64,000 bases of DNA, taken from NCBI RefSeq assembly GCF_033153115.1, contig NW_026889835.1:3224001-3288000 (forward strand), in the 5' to 3' direction. The position numbers and the translations under genes are program-made. This stretch comes from Saccostrea echinata. Taxonomy: Eukaryota. Positions 12,901 through 24,413 of this stretch are shown in pieces. Numbering within the stretch: the first letter of the stretch is position 1; each line of letters begins with the position of its first letter. The notes under the pieces were generated by a model. The model saw only the letters and a program-made list of their open reading frames with translations. It ran no database searches and had not been told where the DNA came from.

Positions 12901-15900
12901 CGCATGTGAAGCTTTGCCTACCAAAATACAACTGCATGATGTGCAATTTTCCAACACTTAGAATATTCGAATTCTGTGTAGAAACCCTAATTACTCTTTT
13001 CAACTACTTGACTATACTGTTCATATAATTTTTAATATAAACACATAATGATATTTCATATTGAAGAATAAATATAAATTATTTTGGAAATAATTGGAAT
13101 TATTGCTTATTCATTGGGGGGGGGGGGAATTATAATTTCTAACATAAATGCACTCTTTAATTCTATTTTTTTTTACCCACTTACCTGCCCTGAATTTGAA
13201 AAAAATCCTTGAAAAACAATCAATAAAAAAGTGGCCAATTCTTGTTTTGACAGAACCTCTAATTTATACGTATTAGTTTTACCACAATTCATTATACAAA
13301 GTTGTAACCGTTAGTTGGGTTTTATTCAACAACATTCAACTGTAATTTAAAAAAAATGCAGATCTTTTGCTTTTTAAAATTGCATTGTAACTTCCTTCTA
13401 CAAAAGGAATACTTTCAATGTGCTTTTTGGTACAGGTCACAACGTATTTCAACTAGTATACATCCCTGATGTATTAATTCATCCCTGATGTATTAATTAA
13501 TTTTTTCTTCTATTAAATAATAATCACAGTTTATTCATGTAGTTCAATAAAGAAAATAACATTCAATTATCGAAGAAAGAAGAAAATTCTCCAAACAATA
13601 TTAATTTAGCCAAAACAAAACCGTAATAACTATGTGCAGTTTTGGTTGTTAGTGTATGATGTTGCGTCATCACTAGCTGCACGGACTATCATGATCTCTG
13701 CATGTACAGTACTGTTGATTACCTGTATATTGTGTGCGCTCAAGCGGAAAGGGATTTCGCATGGTGACTGTTTATTTCACCTCTTTGTATAAAACAATGG
13801 GCTTGGATAGAGTCGCATTTATGCAATATATTGTTAAAATGACACTTGTAAAAAAAATTTTTTTTGATCGGGCGGGGGGGTTTTCCCGAACCCCCCCAAA
13901 ACCCCCTGAATCCGCCACTGTTTTTAAACGTGTTATGACTGTAGTTTTGCTAAATGACTTAAATAGATGAAAATTACAGACAATCTGACAATTTTCCTTG
14001 TGTTTTTCCAAGATAATTAAATATAAAAGCATTGTTCACCAATTGGGAAAAAACACTGCCAAATTGGGAAAAACTGAACTCATTTTCAATTGGGAATGGG
14101 GCCGTATTTCGGCCCCTGAGAAGGTACTGATAAATCCCTGTTTCCTCTTTTTATGTTTTGCATTGAGTACAAGTATATGTTAGATTAATTATTCTTAAAT
14201 GTTTGCAGTAGAGATCTACCTCCAGTTCCAAAAATAGAAAACCCGCCCCCGCTCCCCAAGGATCCTCCTCGAACAGAAAAGCTACCACCTAGAATACGAA
14301 CTAGCAGACCACCTACCAACAGTAAGTGCCATAGCAATTGTGTAATTTTCGTTTCTTGCCCCGGATTTTGATCCAATTTGTTTGCGATGATGGGTGTGCG
14401 TACACGAGTCTTTCGTCTCAAGAAGCAGTTTAGATCGATCTGTAGAAACATTTTTATCTCAAGAAAACACACACGAAATTTTACCAAATAGTTTTGAAAT
14501 ATCTTAACATTGAATTTCTTTAAAACATAACTCATAGAATTTAAATTTGATCCACTAATTGTGGAGATCCTTTACATTTCTTTTTAACTTTTACCAATAT
14601 ACAGCTAGAAATGTTTGCTATATTTAACATATACTGGTAAAGGGAAAGGGTGGACTAAGTTTTCAGAACTTTTGCCAGATCCCAGTTCCATATGTTGTAG
14701 GAAAAATTTGTTCAAACCAAGCAAACGTACATAATACTAAATCCAAATTTATTTTCCTCGTTTTTTATTACAGACATATATTTTACTGACAATATGTCGA
14801 AGGGATTGGACATAAGTTCCAAAAAACTTTGGTAGTCTTCTCCCCATATATACAATCTGAATAACCATACAACATTTACAAAGATTTATAATGATATACA
14901 TATGTATACAGTGTACATTAAAAAAAATCATTTTATAGTTACTGAATATCAATTAATGGGTGCATTACATTAGTGCCACTTTTTTCAAAATAGTCATTAC
15001 CGCTACATACTTATTACCGCTACAAAATACTAGTAGTTTGTTTACATTACCGCTACATTTATAAGTATGCATTACCGCTACAATGCTTAGAACTGTTAGC
15101 CAGTGCTTAATGCAGATACAGATACAACGCATACATGCATTAAGACCCGTTTCCCCTTCTCACCACGGGGAGGTCAAAACAGGATCTTGAACAGGGGGGG
15201 TTTATTAAATTAATTATTTTTAAAGCCTTAGCCATTTTGTAAAAGACACATTTTTTGGTGTTTCATCTCCATATAGAATTTTTTAACGTCCCATAGTATT
15301 TCGACTACAGGCTGAACGAATTACAACTTTAATTGTTTTTTTGTTTTGTTTTTTTTTTTACTGCATTGTAAATGAATTATTATAGAATAGAACTTATATT
15401 AAATGTACCATCGCTGGCAGATTCGAGTATGTACTATGTAGTGGTAATGAATTGTAGTCGAAAATCGTCTTCTTGATAAGATATGATAACGGTAATGAGC
15501 ACCCGAAATTTAGATGAAGAATTTGAATTTTTTCCAATGTAGCGGTTATGTTGAATCATTAATGATAGTGATGATTATAATGACAATGCTAATAGTTTCA
15601 AAAGAGGTAATGACAAATTAATATAACATAAAACAAATGCATACCTAAGCTGTTTATAATTTAAATTGATCTTATTAGATACTATATATGAAGAATACTT
15701 TTTTTCAGCGGTGACAAAATTTATCCCCGAAAATGAAATAACGATACCAAAAGACGGAAACCTGTCGTCCTTTAATACAGAAGATATGGTGACCTTCTTC
15801 CGCCACATGGGGGTCGAGGACAGAATTGTGAATCATTTACAGAGAAAGGGACTCACTGGGAAAAAATTCTCCTCCCTTAAAGACGCTGACTTGGAAACAA

Positions 15901-15980
15901 TTGGAATCAAGAACCCGATTGTGTCATATTTCAGGGACAGGAGCAAACCCAGCAAAAAGAATGTACCTTTTATACTATAA
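9939..15980 (+). CDS. Pro-rich adaptor with C-terminal GAREM-like SAM domain, paralog 2 (~172 aa)
   Basis: Exons 9939-10072 (MAEYERSAPHMNGH...), 14209-14321 (DLPPVPKIENPPPLPKDPPRTEKLPPRIRTSRPP) and 15709-15980 (IPKDGNLSSFNTEDMVTFFRHMGVEDRIV...KNPIVSYFRDRS...PFIL*). Same intron phases (2,1) as paralog 1 and a clearly homologous last exon. Extra internal exons in 10073-14208 cannot be excluded. Confidence 0.75.
12042..14140. mobile_element. 2.1-kb non-autonomous TIR DNA transposon, 5-bp TSD (hAT5-like)
   Basis: Perfect 14-bp TIR CAGGGATTTATCAG (12042-12055) / CTGATAAATCCCTG (14127-14140), flanked by TTTCC on both sides. Subterminal TTGGGAA repeats at both ends. No transposase ORF. Confidence 0.85.
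14955..15645. mobile_element. Degenerate MITE with subterminal CATTACCGCTACA repeats
   Basis: Four direct copies of (C)ATTACCGCTACA at ~14996-15081, with inverted copies (TGTAGTGGTAATG ~15437, TGTAGCGGTTATG ~15538) on the right. Ends approximate. Confidence 0.55.
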
Positions 15981-17080
15981 AAGAAAATTGTCAAGTCAAT
16001 GAATATCCTTGTATAATATCGGCACTAGAGAAATATGAAGAAGTGGGTACGGCATCCTAACTTATGGTGCTTTCTTTAATTCATGACGAAAAATCTTCAT
16101 TACATCAGAAGATTCACAGTGATATGATATTAACATATTCCAGGATGTGCAATTCCAGATGGTATGCAATACGTTATTAGGATATATAGTAACAAATGCT
16201 GTCTTTTGAAATCTACAGACAATATTGTGTAAATTCTATATTTTGGTGATGTCCATATTTTTGTAATGTCCATTGATGTTATGTGCCAAAGATTTGTATA
16301 TAAACGAAATTCTTTTCATGACAGGAAAGGGACAGTTAAAGCATAAATATACTCATTATATACATGTAGACAGTAGGCACAAAATATAGAAATGTTTTAC
16401 AACAATAAGCAAGGGATTTAAGTCTTTTTAACCATGTAATTAATTGGCTGAGTTGTACTATATTCTGAATGGTGTGGAATTAACAAGATTTAATTAATTC
16501 CTTGATTACATTATAATACGACACAGAACTTCCATGTCTATAGCCTTTTAACTACATGAATAACTTATGCAGCTGTACATTTTTCAGAAAAATAAATGGG
16601 ACTAGTTTAATTTCTACACTGGTGTCAATATTACAAAAAAATAAGGAATTTCTATCGAACTAATGTCCTTCCAATACCCAGGATGCATCTGGTAAACGTT
16701 TCCTGTGCGAAATCCGGCTGTGATACCTCAACTATACAATAGCGTTATGAAAGAAAGTGATGTGATTCTTGTTAAATATACTTATATATAAATTTGCTCA
16801 TTGTTTACATGTATGATTATGTATACATTCTTTTGTATCTTATATAACCACGTGATGTATTCTCATTATATAATTATTTTATTTAAAAAATAAACGACAA
16901 ACAATGCAGAATTGGGTTTTGAATCCTGTCTTGGTTCTGTAAGACTTGACTTGGTACTACAGCTGAATCAGTTGCAGTAGGCCGGTACGGCACGTCAGAG
17001 TGTCAGCCTTCCTGCTTGTTTGATCAGGGACCCAGGTCTAAACTCGTAAACTTCTCGACTCTGTGTCACCTAGCTGCAAT

Positions 17081-17142
17081 AATGTAGCCCTCTCCGGTTT
17101 TTTTTTTTTTAAACCGGATATTTTCAGGAGAGGGCTACAATT
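17081..17142. repeat. Short nested hairpin sharing termini with the 2108-2254 palindrome
   Basis: TGTAGCCCTCTCC ... GGAGAGGGCTACA arms enclose an inner CCGGTTT/AAACCGG pair. AATGTAGCCCT matches the terminus of the 2108-2254 element. Confidence 0.65.
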
Positions 17143-18405
17143 CCACTGCATCTCCGTAATGGTGCAAATATATTTTTTAGATACGGGCGACTGCAGGCAA
17201 AATAAATGTTTTTGCATTCAACTTACTTCCAATGAGACGAAATTTTTATTCACTATCAACATCATAGCCCTTTATACGCGAAAACCAAGTAAAATAAATC
17301 TGCGTGTTTACTAGTCGTTCTCCTGAGCAGCCATGACAGTTCTCGCGTGATGTAATGAGACTTGCGCTTGAAATTTAGAAATACTTGATAAAGTAAATGT
17401 CGGTATTGATAAATGTTTGTGTTGTGTGACATCACTAAACATCGATAAATAAAAGCATTCCATGGGATATTTTTTTTTCATAAACAGTGATATTTATGCT
17501 TAAAATAAGGGAAATCCTAAACGATCCACTCCCCTAGATCCCGTACATAGTACATAAACGTTGACAATTTAAAGTTGCAGGTGTAAAACACTGAAGATAT
17601 GGAAACATTTATTTCTAGTCGGTATTAGTAGATTTTATCTTCAATTTTTGAGGATTTCCCATCGAGGTGCAAAAGTCTGTCGAAGTTGCCAACCTTGTTC
17701 TCTTTTAGTATTTTCATAAAAGGTTAGTTTTAGGTTATATTACGAATTTTCAATTGTAAATTACAATACTTTGTGAATGTATGATAGAAAAATATTTTAT
17801 ATATAAAAAAAAAAGTCGAAGAACGATTGGGGTACGGAACTCGGAAGGGGGGGGTCTTGTCCCCAAGCACCTGTGTTTCGAATGAGATAATGAATGTATC
17901 TTCAAATGCTTTCGTCCAACCTCTTCCTTTTTTAAGAAGTCTGAATGCATCGGTCGGTAAAATTATTACAACACCCTAGCTCTATTTTAATGACTAAATG
18001 CACTGTTCAAGGCTGAAAAAAAAAAAACACGTGGAATTTATGGAAATACGAGTATTTTATATACGTATAGTATATTATTACATATATATGTGTATATTAT
18101 TAGTATTTTATATACGTATAGGAATACGTATAGTTTATAATATTGTAAGTCTTGCCTTAACGTGTGGACATGAGAGCCGTAGGGTCTGCAAATACGTAAA
18201 GTTTTAGACTTGTACATGTATAAGGCAACCTTACCGTATGTACCGGCCCAACTTAAAGAATTTCAACAATGGCTCAATGGCTTTTCTACTTATCACTACA
18301 TTATTATATATTACTGGTATTTCAAAACTATTTTTCAACAGCACTTACAATGTAATTTATCAAGACAGAAAATATGCAAGTCCGTACTCTTTCCTGATGG
18401 AAATA

Positions 18406-18631
18406 CAGGCCCGTAGGAAGCAAATTCAGTGGGGGGGGGGGGGGGGGCACAGCCATACATTTTCAGTTGACAGTTGAGGGGGCACTACCAAAAATTTCCT
18501 GACAAGCAAAAAAAAGTCATTTTTTATTGAGGGGGCACAAGCATATAGTATCTATGTTTACTATAGTAATCTATATATCGGCAAAATTAGGGGGGCACCC
18601 CCCCCCGTGCCCCCCGATTCCTACGGCCATG
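18406..18631. mobile_element. 226-bp G/C-run MITE with 5-bp TSD
   Basis: TIR CAGGCCCGTAGGAA / TTCCTACGGCCATG, flanked by AAATA (18401-18405 and 18632-18636). The same terminus CAGGCCCGTAG also occurs at ~4551. Confidence 0.75.
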
Positions 18632-19000
18632 AAATACACGTCATTAAATCCCTGCCAGAGAAGGGAAAGGTGTATAATGTAAATAAATTAAATCAATGAA
18701 AAGGAAAGGGATTGGATTATCTCAGCTGGACACCCCTACCACAGAAACTGAAAAGTGGTACACCGGATTTTAAAAAAGTTTGAGTTATGACCAGTCACGT
18801 ACGTTGACTGAACAACGTAAATACTAATTCCAACTTTTGAAACTGAATTTTTGGCGCCTTTTATCCAGGAGCTAGATTTGCTATCGTGTTTGATGCATGA
18901 CTGGTGACATGTCGCCTGTTGTCACTTCATAGTTAACGATGGATATTGAAACATATCGTCAAACCGGATACATTACAAAACAGGTCAAGCAAAGCTTGTC

Positions 19001-21745
19001 ATGGATACCCCGCGACCATGTTCAAAAGAAGAATTCAGAGTGAAAAACTTTCTTCTGGATTATGATCATCCGCGTGATTTTGTCAAGTTTCAGGTAAGAA
19101 ACATACAAAATCAGCTGTGTTCACCAGTCTGATTTATAAGTTCATGGGTCAATACTTTGTTTACTATAAAGAAAGAGACACTGATTGCAGAGAAATGTAG
19201 TTTTCTGTCTAAACGAGAATGCGTTCATTATTTATCGAGTGAAGGTAAATACAGAATTTAATACATAATAAGCTATCCTGTAAATTTTATATATACTCCA
19301 CCTAGCAAATTAAAAGTTCACACTTAATAATATCGATGTCTGATTACTGATGCATGAGGTAACTCCGAAACCAGATTAGCAATTCTAAGGTTTAAGAAAA
19401 GCAAATCAGCCTATGGTTATACAACATCAACAATAAGAGATCTTGAGTGATCGCTAGGATTTTTTTTCGCTTGAGGATACTCTTTCCATTTAAATATATT
19501 AGTATATAGTTATAGAGATGAAGGATGATGTTTTCTCTGTGGAAACTATACATTCAGTTCAGGATAAGGGAAATTTATTCCGGAAGTAGACACTTTTGTT
19601 CCTATCTTTCGCTCGTATGTAATAGTTGGGTCTGTTCATCCGTTTGTTTCTTTTTTAAACAGTTTTGTTTCCAGACAATATCAGAAGAAAATCCTTTATC
19701 TTTTTATCGTAACTCCTTATGACTTAAAGAAGACCCCTATTGATTTTGAGGCCAAGGGTCAGAGGGCAAGCCTGAAGGTCAGAAATTCATATATAGCATA
19801 AAATAGTTTCCAGATTATGGCAGGTAATGACTTAAGTTCTCTATTCAACAAAAGCTTTTTGCAATGAAAATTTTATATCTTAACTTCCTATATGATTTTA
19901 GAAAATTTCTAAGGTCAAAAGCCATGGTCGGAAAATCGTACTTTGCATAAAATGCTTTCCAGATGCTAATGGAGCTTTTGCATTGAAAAAGGATGATTAC
20001 TCTCTCAGCTTAAGAGAGACCGGAGTGACCCCTATTGATTTTAAGGCCAAAGTGTGAAAGGTCAAAGTCACAAAGTTGTATATGGCAGGAAATTGTTTCC
20101 AGATTCATTACAATACTTTCTGTAACCAAAACATGACCCCTGTAGATTTTGAGGGAAAAGGGTCAAGGTCACAAACTTGTATATTGTTACAGACTGTTTT
20201 CAAGTTATATCACAACTTCTGTCCTTAAGTTGAGGACATAAATTTCTTGAATTGCCTTGTATTAATACTCAGTAGCACCAATATCAGCAAGGAAAAAAAA
20301 CATACAAACGTTAAAAGTTTGGTGTTAGAACATCTGAGCTGAGGGCTCCATAAGGTTCTTCATAACATTTTCACGATTTCAGTCAATTTGTCAAATTAAT
20401 AGCCAAATATTACCTGTATTTAAGCCAATATTGTCAGCGAATTTTTCAAATTCCACCATTAAAACAGCAACACCATTTTGATGTTATATGTATATGTATC
20501 TACATGTTTATTTTAAAATTGGACAGAAGTAATATATTTTACCATTTCTATATCTAAGCACTGTGAGACAATACTACCTTATCTTCTGTGGCGACTGTTC
20601 TGGGCTGTATACCACTTTGTCTGTATCATACTGACCGGGGTCTATAGCTGGCAGTGGGCAGGCGATGACCCTCAACAACAGGTCAAATGGTTCATCTACC
20701 TTACAGACTGGTGCTATTTTGTCCTCACCGTCTCGACGCTTGTGGATGCAGCCTGCGTCATTTACGTTTACTTTTGCCGAGTGGACATTAAAAATGGTTT
20801 AGAATATAATACAACCTCCTTTAAATTGATTTACATGTACATTGTTCTTATGAAGACATTTTGAGTTTTTCTTGTGATATAGTTAAGTGCTCATAAAAAT
20901 TTTGGCCCACTCCACACATACTGAAATTAGTTCTTTTTTAATTCTGTTGCTATCAGGTATTTCAAATGGCATGACATGGTACTTAAAGACGAACTGGGTT
21001 ATCTTCAACTTCGCAAACTCTGCTGCTATTGTTGTGACATTAATGTACTGGGGACTTGTCTACAGTGGTAAGAACCTCCTTTCTAGATCAGCCCTCGTTT
21101 GCGAGTCTTTCCTGTATATGTGCTCCTTGTGATATAAAGAAAAATGTAAAAACAACAAGAAAATGCATTCTAATTATGGTCATTCAAAAATTATAGGTAT
21201 ATTTTTGAATATGTAAGTCTGAAATATTTTTTGTAATTTCTCGTTCTCATCGGGAAAAATTCCCCGTGTGCATATCGCCAGCATTAGATGTCGATAACTT
21301 GCCTTTTTTCGATTTACTACTGCCCTCTCTACATAAAGTGAAATTTTTGAAAGATTCTTACAGATGATCATCTATTTTTATTTTTGCAGGAGGATCGGTG
21401 ACTGTCATAGACACATTAACACACGGAGTGAACGCGGTCTACGTTCTTGTCAACGTCAGCGTCTCGGCCATTCCGATCCGAATCTATCATTTCTTCCACG
21501 GTGTGGTATTCGGAGTAACGTATGTCATTTTCACTGTGATATACTATGCAGCTGGAGGGACTAATCACCAGAATAAATCTTACATTTACTCTGTGTTGGA
21601 TTGGGATGATCCGGGCATTACTCTAGCGTACTGTGCAGCAGTTGGACTTGTTGCCATGCCCCTTTGCCATCTTATGATTTACGGCATTTACGCTTTAAGG
21701 CGATGTCCATGTAGAAAAAACAAAGAGACTTCACAACCAGTCTAA
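19001..21745 (+). CDS. rost: Protein rolling stone-like (FAR-17a/AIG1 superfamily) multi-pass membrane protein (~265 aa)
   Basis: Exons 19001-19093, 20559-20796, 20957-21067, 21390-21745 splice in frame (798 nt). Hallmark motifs KWFIYLTDW, VTLMYWGL, LTHGVNAV, PIRIYHF, YVIFTVIYYAAGG and YIYSVLDW; about six hydrophobic segments. Confidence 0.88.
19620..20235. repeat. Degenerate satellite-core (HINE-like) repeat in rolling stone intron 1
   Basis: Recurring GACCCCTATTGATTTT(G)AGG...GGTCA units at ~19733, 20027 and 20135. Confidence 0.55.
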
Positions 21746-23581
21746 ACATTTTTAACAAATTAGAAAAAATTCTAGTTAAGGAAGCTCTAAACACTGCACA
21801 CTAAAAAGTTCTATTTGTAGGGTAGTTTTATTGAGTTAGAGTGATCTGCCCTTAAAAGAAAATTAGAATAAATGGGAAACTACAGTTAATGACACAATTT
21901 CTTATGAATTAAAGTATTCTTAATGTTATGTTAGACCAAGATTAAGTAATTGAATACATTATTTCCATTAATTTTCCCGATGCAAGTAAACAGCAGTGAT
22001 TTCTGTTCAAAAATAGTTCATTGTCTTTGAACATTTTTTCTGCAGAAATAAGGCAGGCACCCTATGTTGAAAATGAACTAGATATACTGAATATATGAGC
22101 ACCTTTATATGATATATTTTTCTCGAAGTCCAAAAAGCATTTTTCATTAGTGTTTAGAGTTTCCTTAAGGAGAATCAGGTTCTTGATATACTAGTATTCA
22201 ATTAGATAGATTTCCTTCGTAACACTGCTTTGCCTCAAAATGAATTTTATTGACAAGCCAACAATCAAATCATCAGACGATATTTTTGATCAGACACAAC
22301 CGTAAATAAGCATGTTTTCTGTCTTATATATGGTAAATGTTGACAAAATACATTGTAATTGGGGGTAGGGGTACGAACCCCTGTGCTCCCTTCCAGTTAC
22401 TCAGGGCTTATGGTATGCATTGGCTTTTATTTCAAGTGGATCACCATTTTCTGTCAGAAATATACAGTGTATTATACTGGGTATTGGTATCCCCTCTTTT
22501 AAATGAAATCGCAACCCAGGAATCAAGTACTATATTAATTGCAACCAGACTGAATTAATTTTATTAACCTTTTAAGGGTATCGTTCTAAAAATATATGAA
22601 TACAATGACAGTTAATGCAATGAAAGACAATTCAAAATAAAGTTTACTTTTGTATTATTCATGTCTTATTTCTTAAAATTATAGCCATATTACATTTGTT
22701 ACATGTTTAATGAAACAAATAAATAGTTTCATGATGTTCAACAATACGTTACTTTTCATTATGCACCAAAATATTTATAAATATCAATAATTATGATAGG
22801 CCTACATATTGACACAAAAATAAAATGTATACAATACACATTTATTGAGTGGGGTCGAGGGCAAATGCGTTTTGTCGGGCCCAAGAACCAAACTGTTTGA
22901 CTGAGGCCAATAGTTAAAAATATTGAGTAAAGGATGACTGCACTTAACGCCTATTTTTGGGTCTTTTTCGGTTGCTTCTGTTGCTTTTATATCTAAACTT
23001 TATTTCACTTTTGTATGTTTATGAAAGAATCCTGTCAATTTGGAACCAAATTTAAATCTTAAAATGATTGTAGACTGTGATACAATAAAATGATTCAATG
23101 TTTTTTGTCCTTACTGCTTTCCAAATATAGTGACTTTACACTTACCTGCCCTTGATTGAACATTAGATATGCATGAGAGGTGGAGCTAACATTGTAAGAA
23201 TGGCTCTAAAATTAGACTTGATAAATAACAATGACATGTTTGGAAAAAAGAACGTGATCACTCTTTCCAATCTCCCTCTCCATTCTGTATGGCACAAATA
23301 CACTTCTGACAAAAGCTTCAAAACAAAATTAACAATATGAGCATGTCAATGTAATTAAAGCAGATTATATCTCAATGCCAGATGATTTAATGTGTTCGAA
23401 CACAATGTCCTAGTTGGCACAAACATGCTACCTTACAAGTCACGTGACGGAATTTAGTATTCACAAAGTTACCTGAGGTAAGAAATCACGTGGAGAATTA
23501 TAATATTCAACATGTCAGAATCCAGAATCAACACAGAGAGCGAATGTAAGAAGAAGCAGTTTTTTTCTCTTTTTAACCATG

Positions 23582-23677
23582 AGCGCATGTTTGTCTATTA
23601 ATCTCCTTTTGACATATTATTATTTATGCAAATATACAACTACTGTTAAAACGTAGAACAATAGACAAACATGCGCT
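23582..23677. repeat. Small hairpin element
   Basis: Perfect 18-bp inverted repeat AGCGCATGTTTGTCTATT / AATAGACAAACATGCGCT. Confidence 0.75.
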
Positions 23678-24413
23678 GACTATGTATAAAGTCAGTAAAA
23701 AAGTGGGCGTCCTCATTATCGAACGGAGATTCAAGAAATTGTGATGACCCCTGCCTTTGAAAACAGATTCGAACTTCGTAAATACACACTTTTATTAAAC
23801 GTAATTACATAAAGTTGTAGATTGGATGTTGACCATTCTTGCAATGAAAAGAAAAATTCATGTTTTGAAAGTTTATTTTGTCGCAAATTTCGTATGTCCT
23901 TAAGTGCAGTCATCCTTTGGTCAGGAATGAGATTCATGTGTACAACTTTGGGGTTAAGATTAATGAAATTCCAGTAAAAAACGATTATGGTACAATACGG
24001 AATTCTGAATATTAAGTAGTGCGAAATTCACTTGTACTGGTATCGTAGGACGTGTATAGGACACCTAACTGGATTGTAACAAAGTTCTATTACAATTATT
24101 TTTTTAAATAACTCTTGCATTTTTTGTATCTTAGATTTAATATACTCAGAGTGAATAATATCTCATTCAATTAATAATAAACTTTTGCCAGACATGGCAC
24201 CTATTTATAACCCCGCCCCTTCAATGAAACAAGATTATTTTCCATTATGCGTGATTAAAGGCAAGTAAAACACCATTGATTTTAATCTTACTCCATGTGG
24301 GAGAAAACAAGATAAGTTGTGACCTTGACTGGAAATGACATGTTAGGGCTAAATTACACATTCCAGGTGTACGCTTATCGCCCCAGGTATATACTGTCAG
24401 AGTAAAAACAAAA

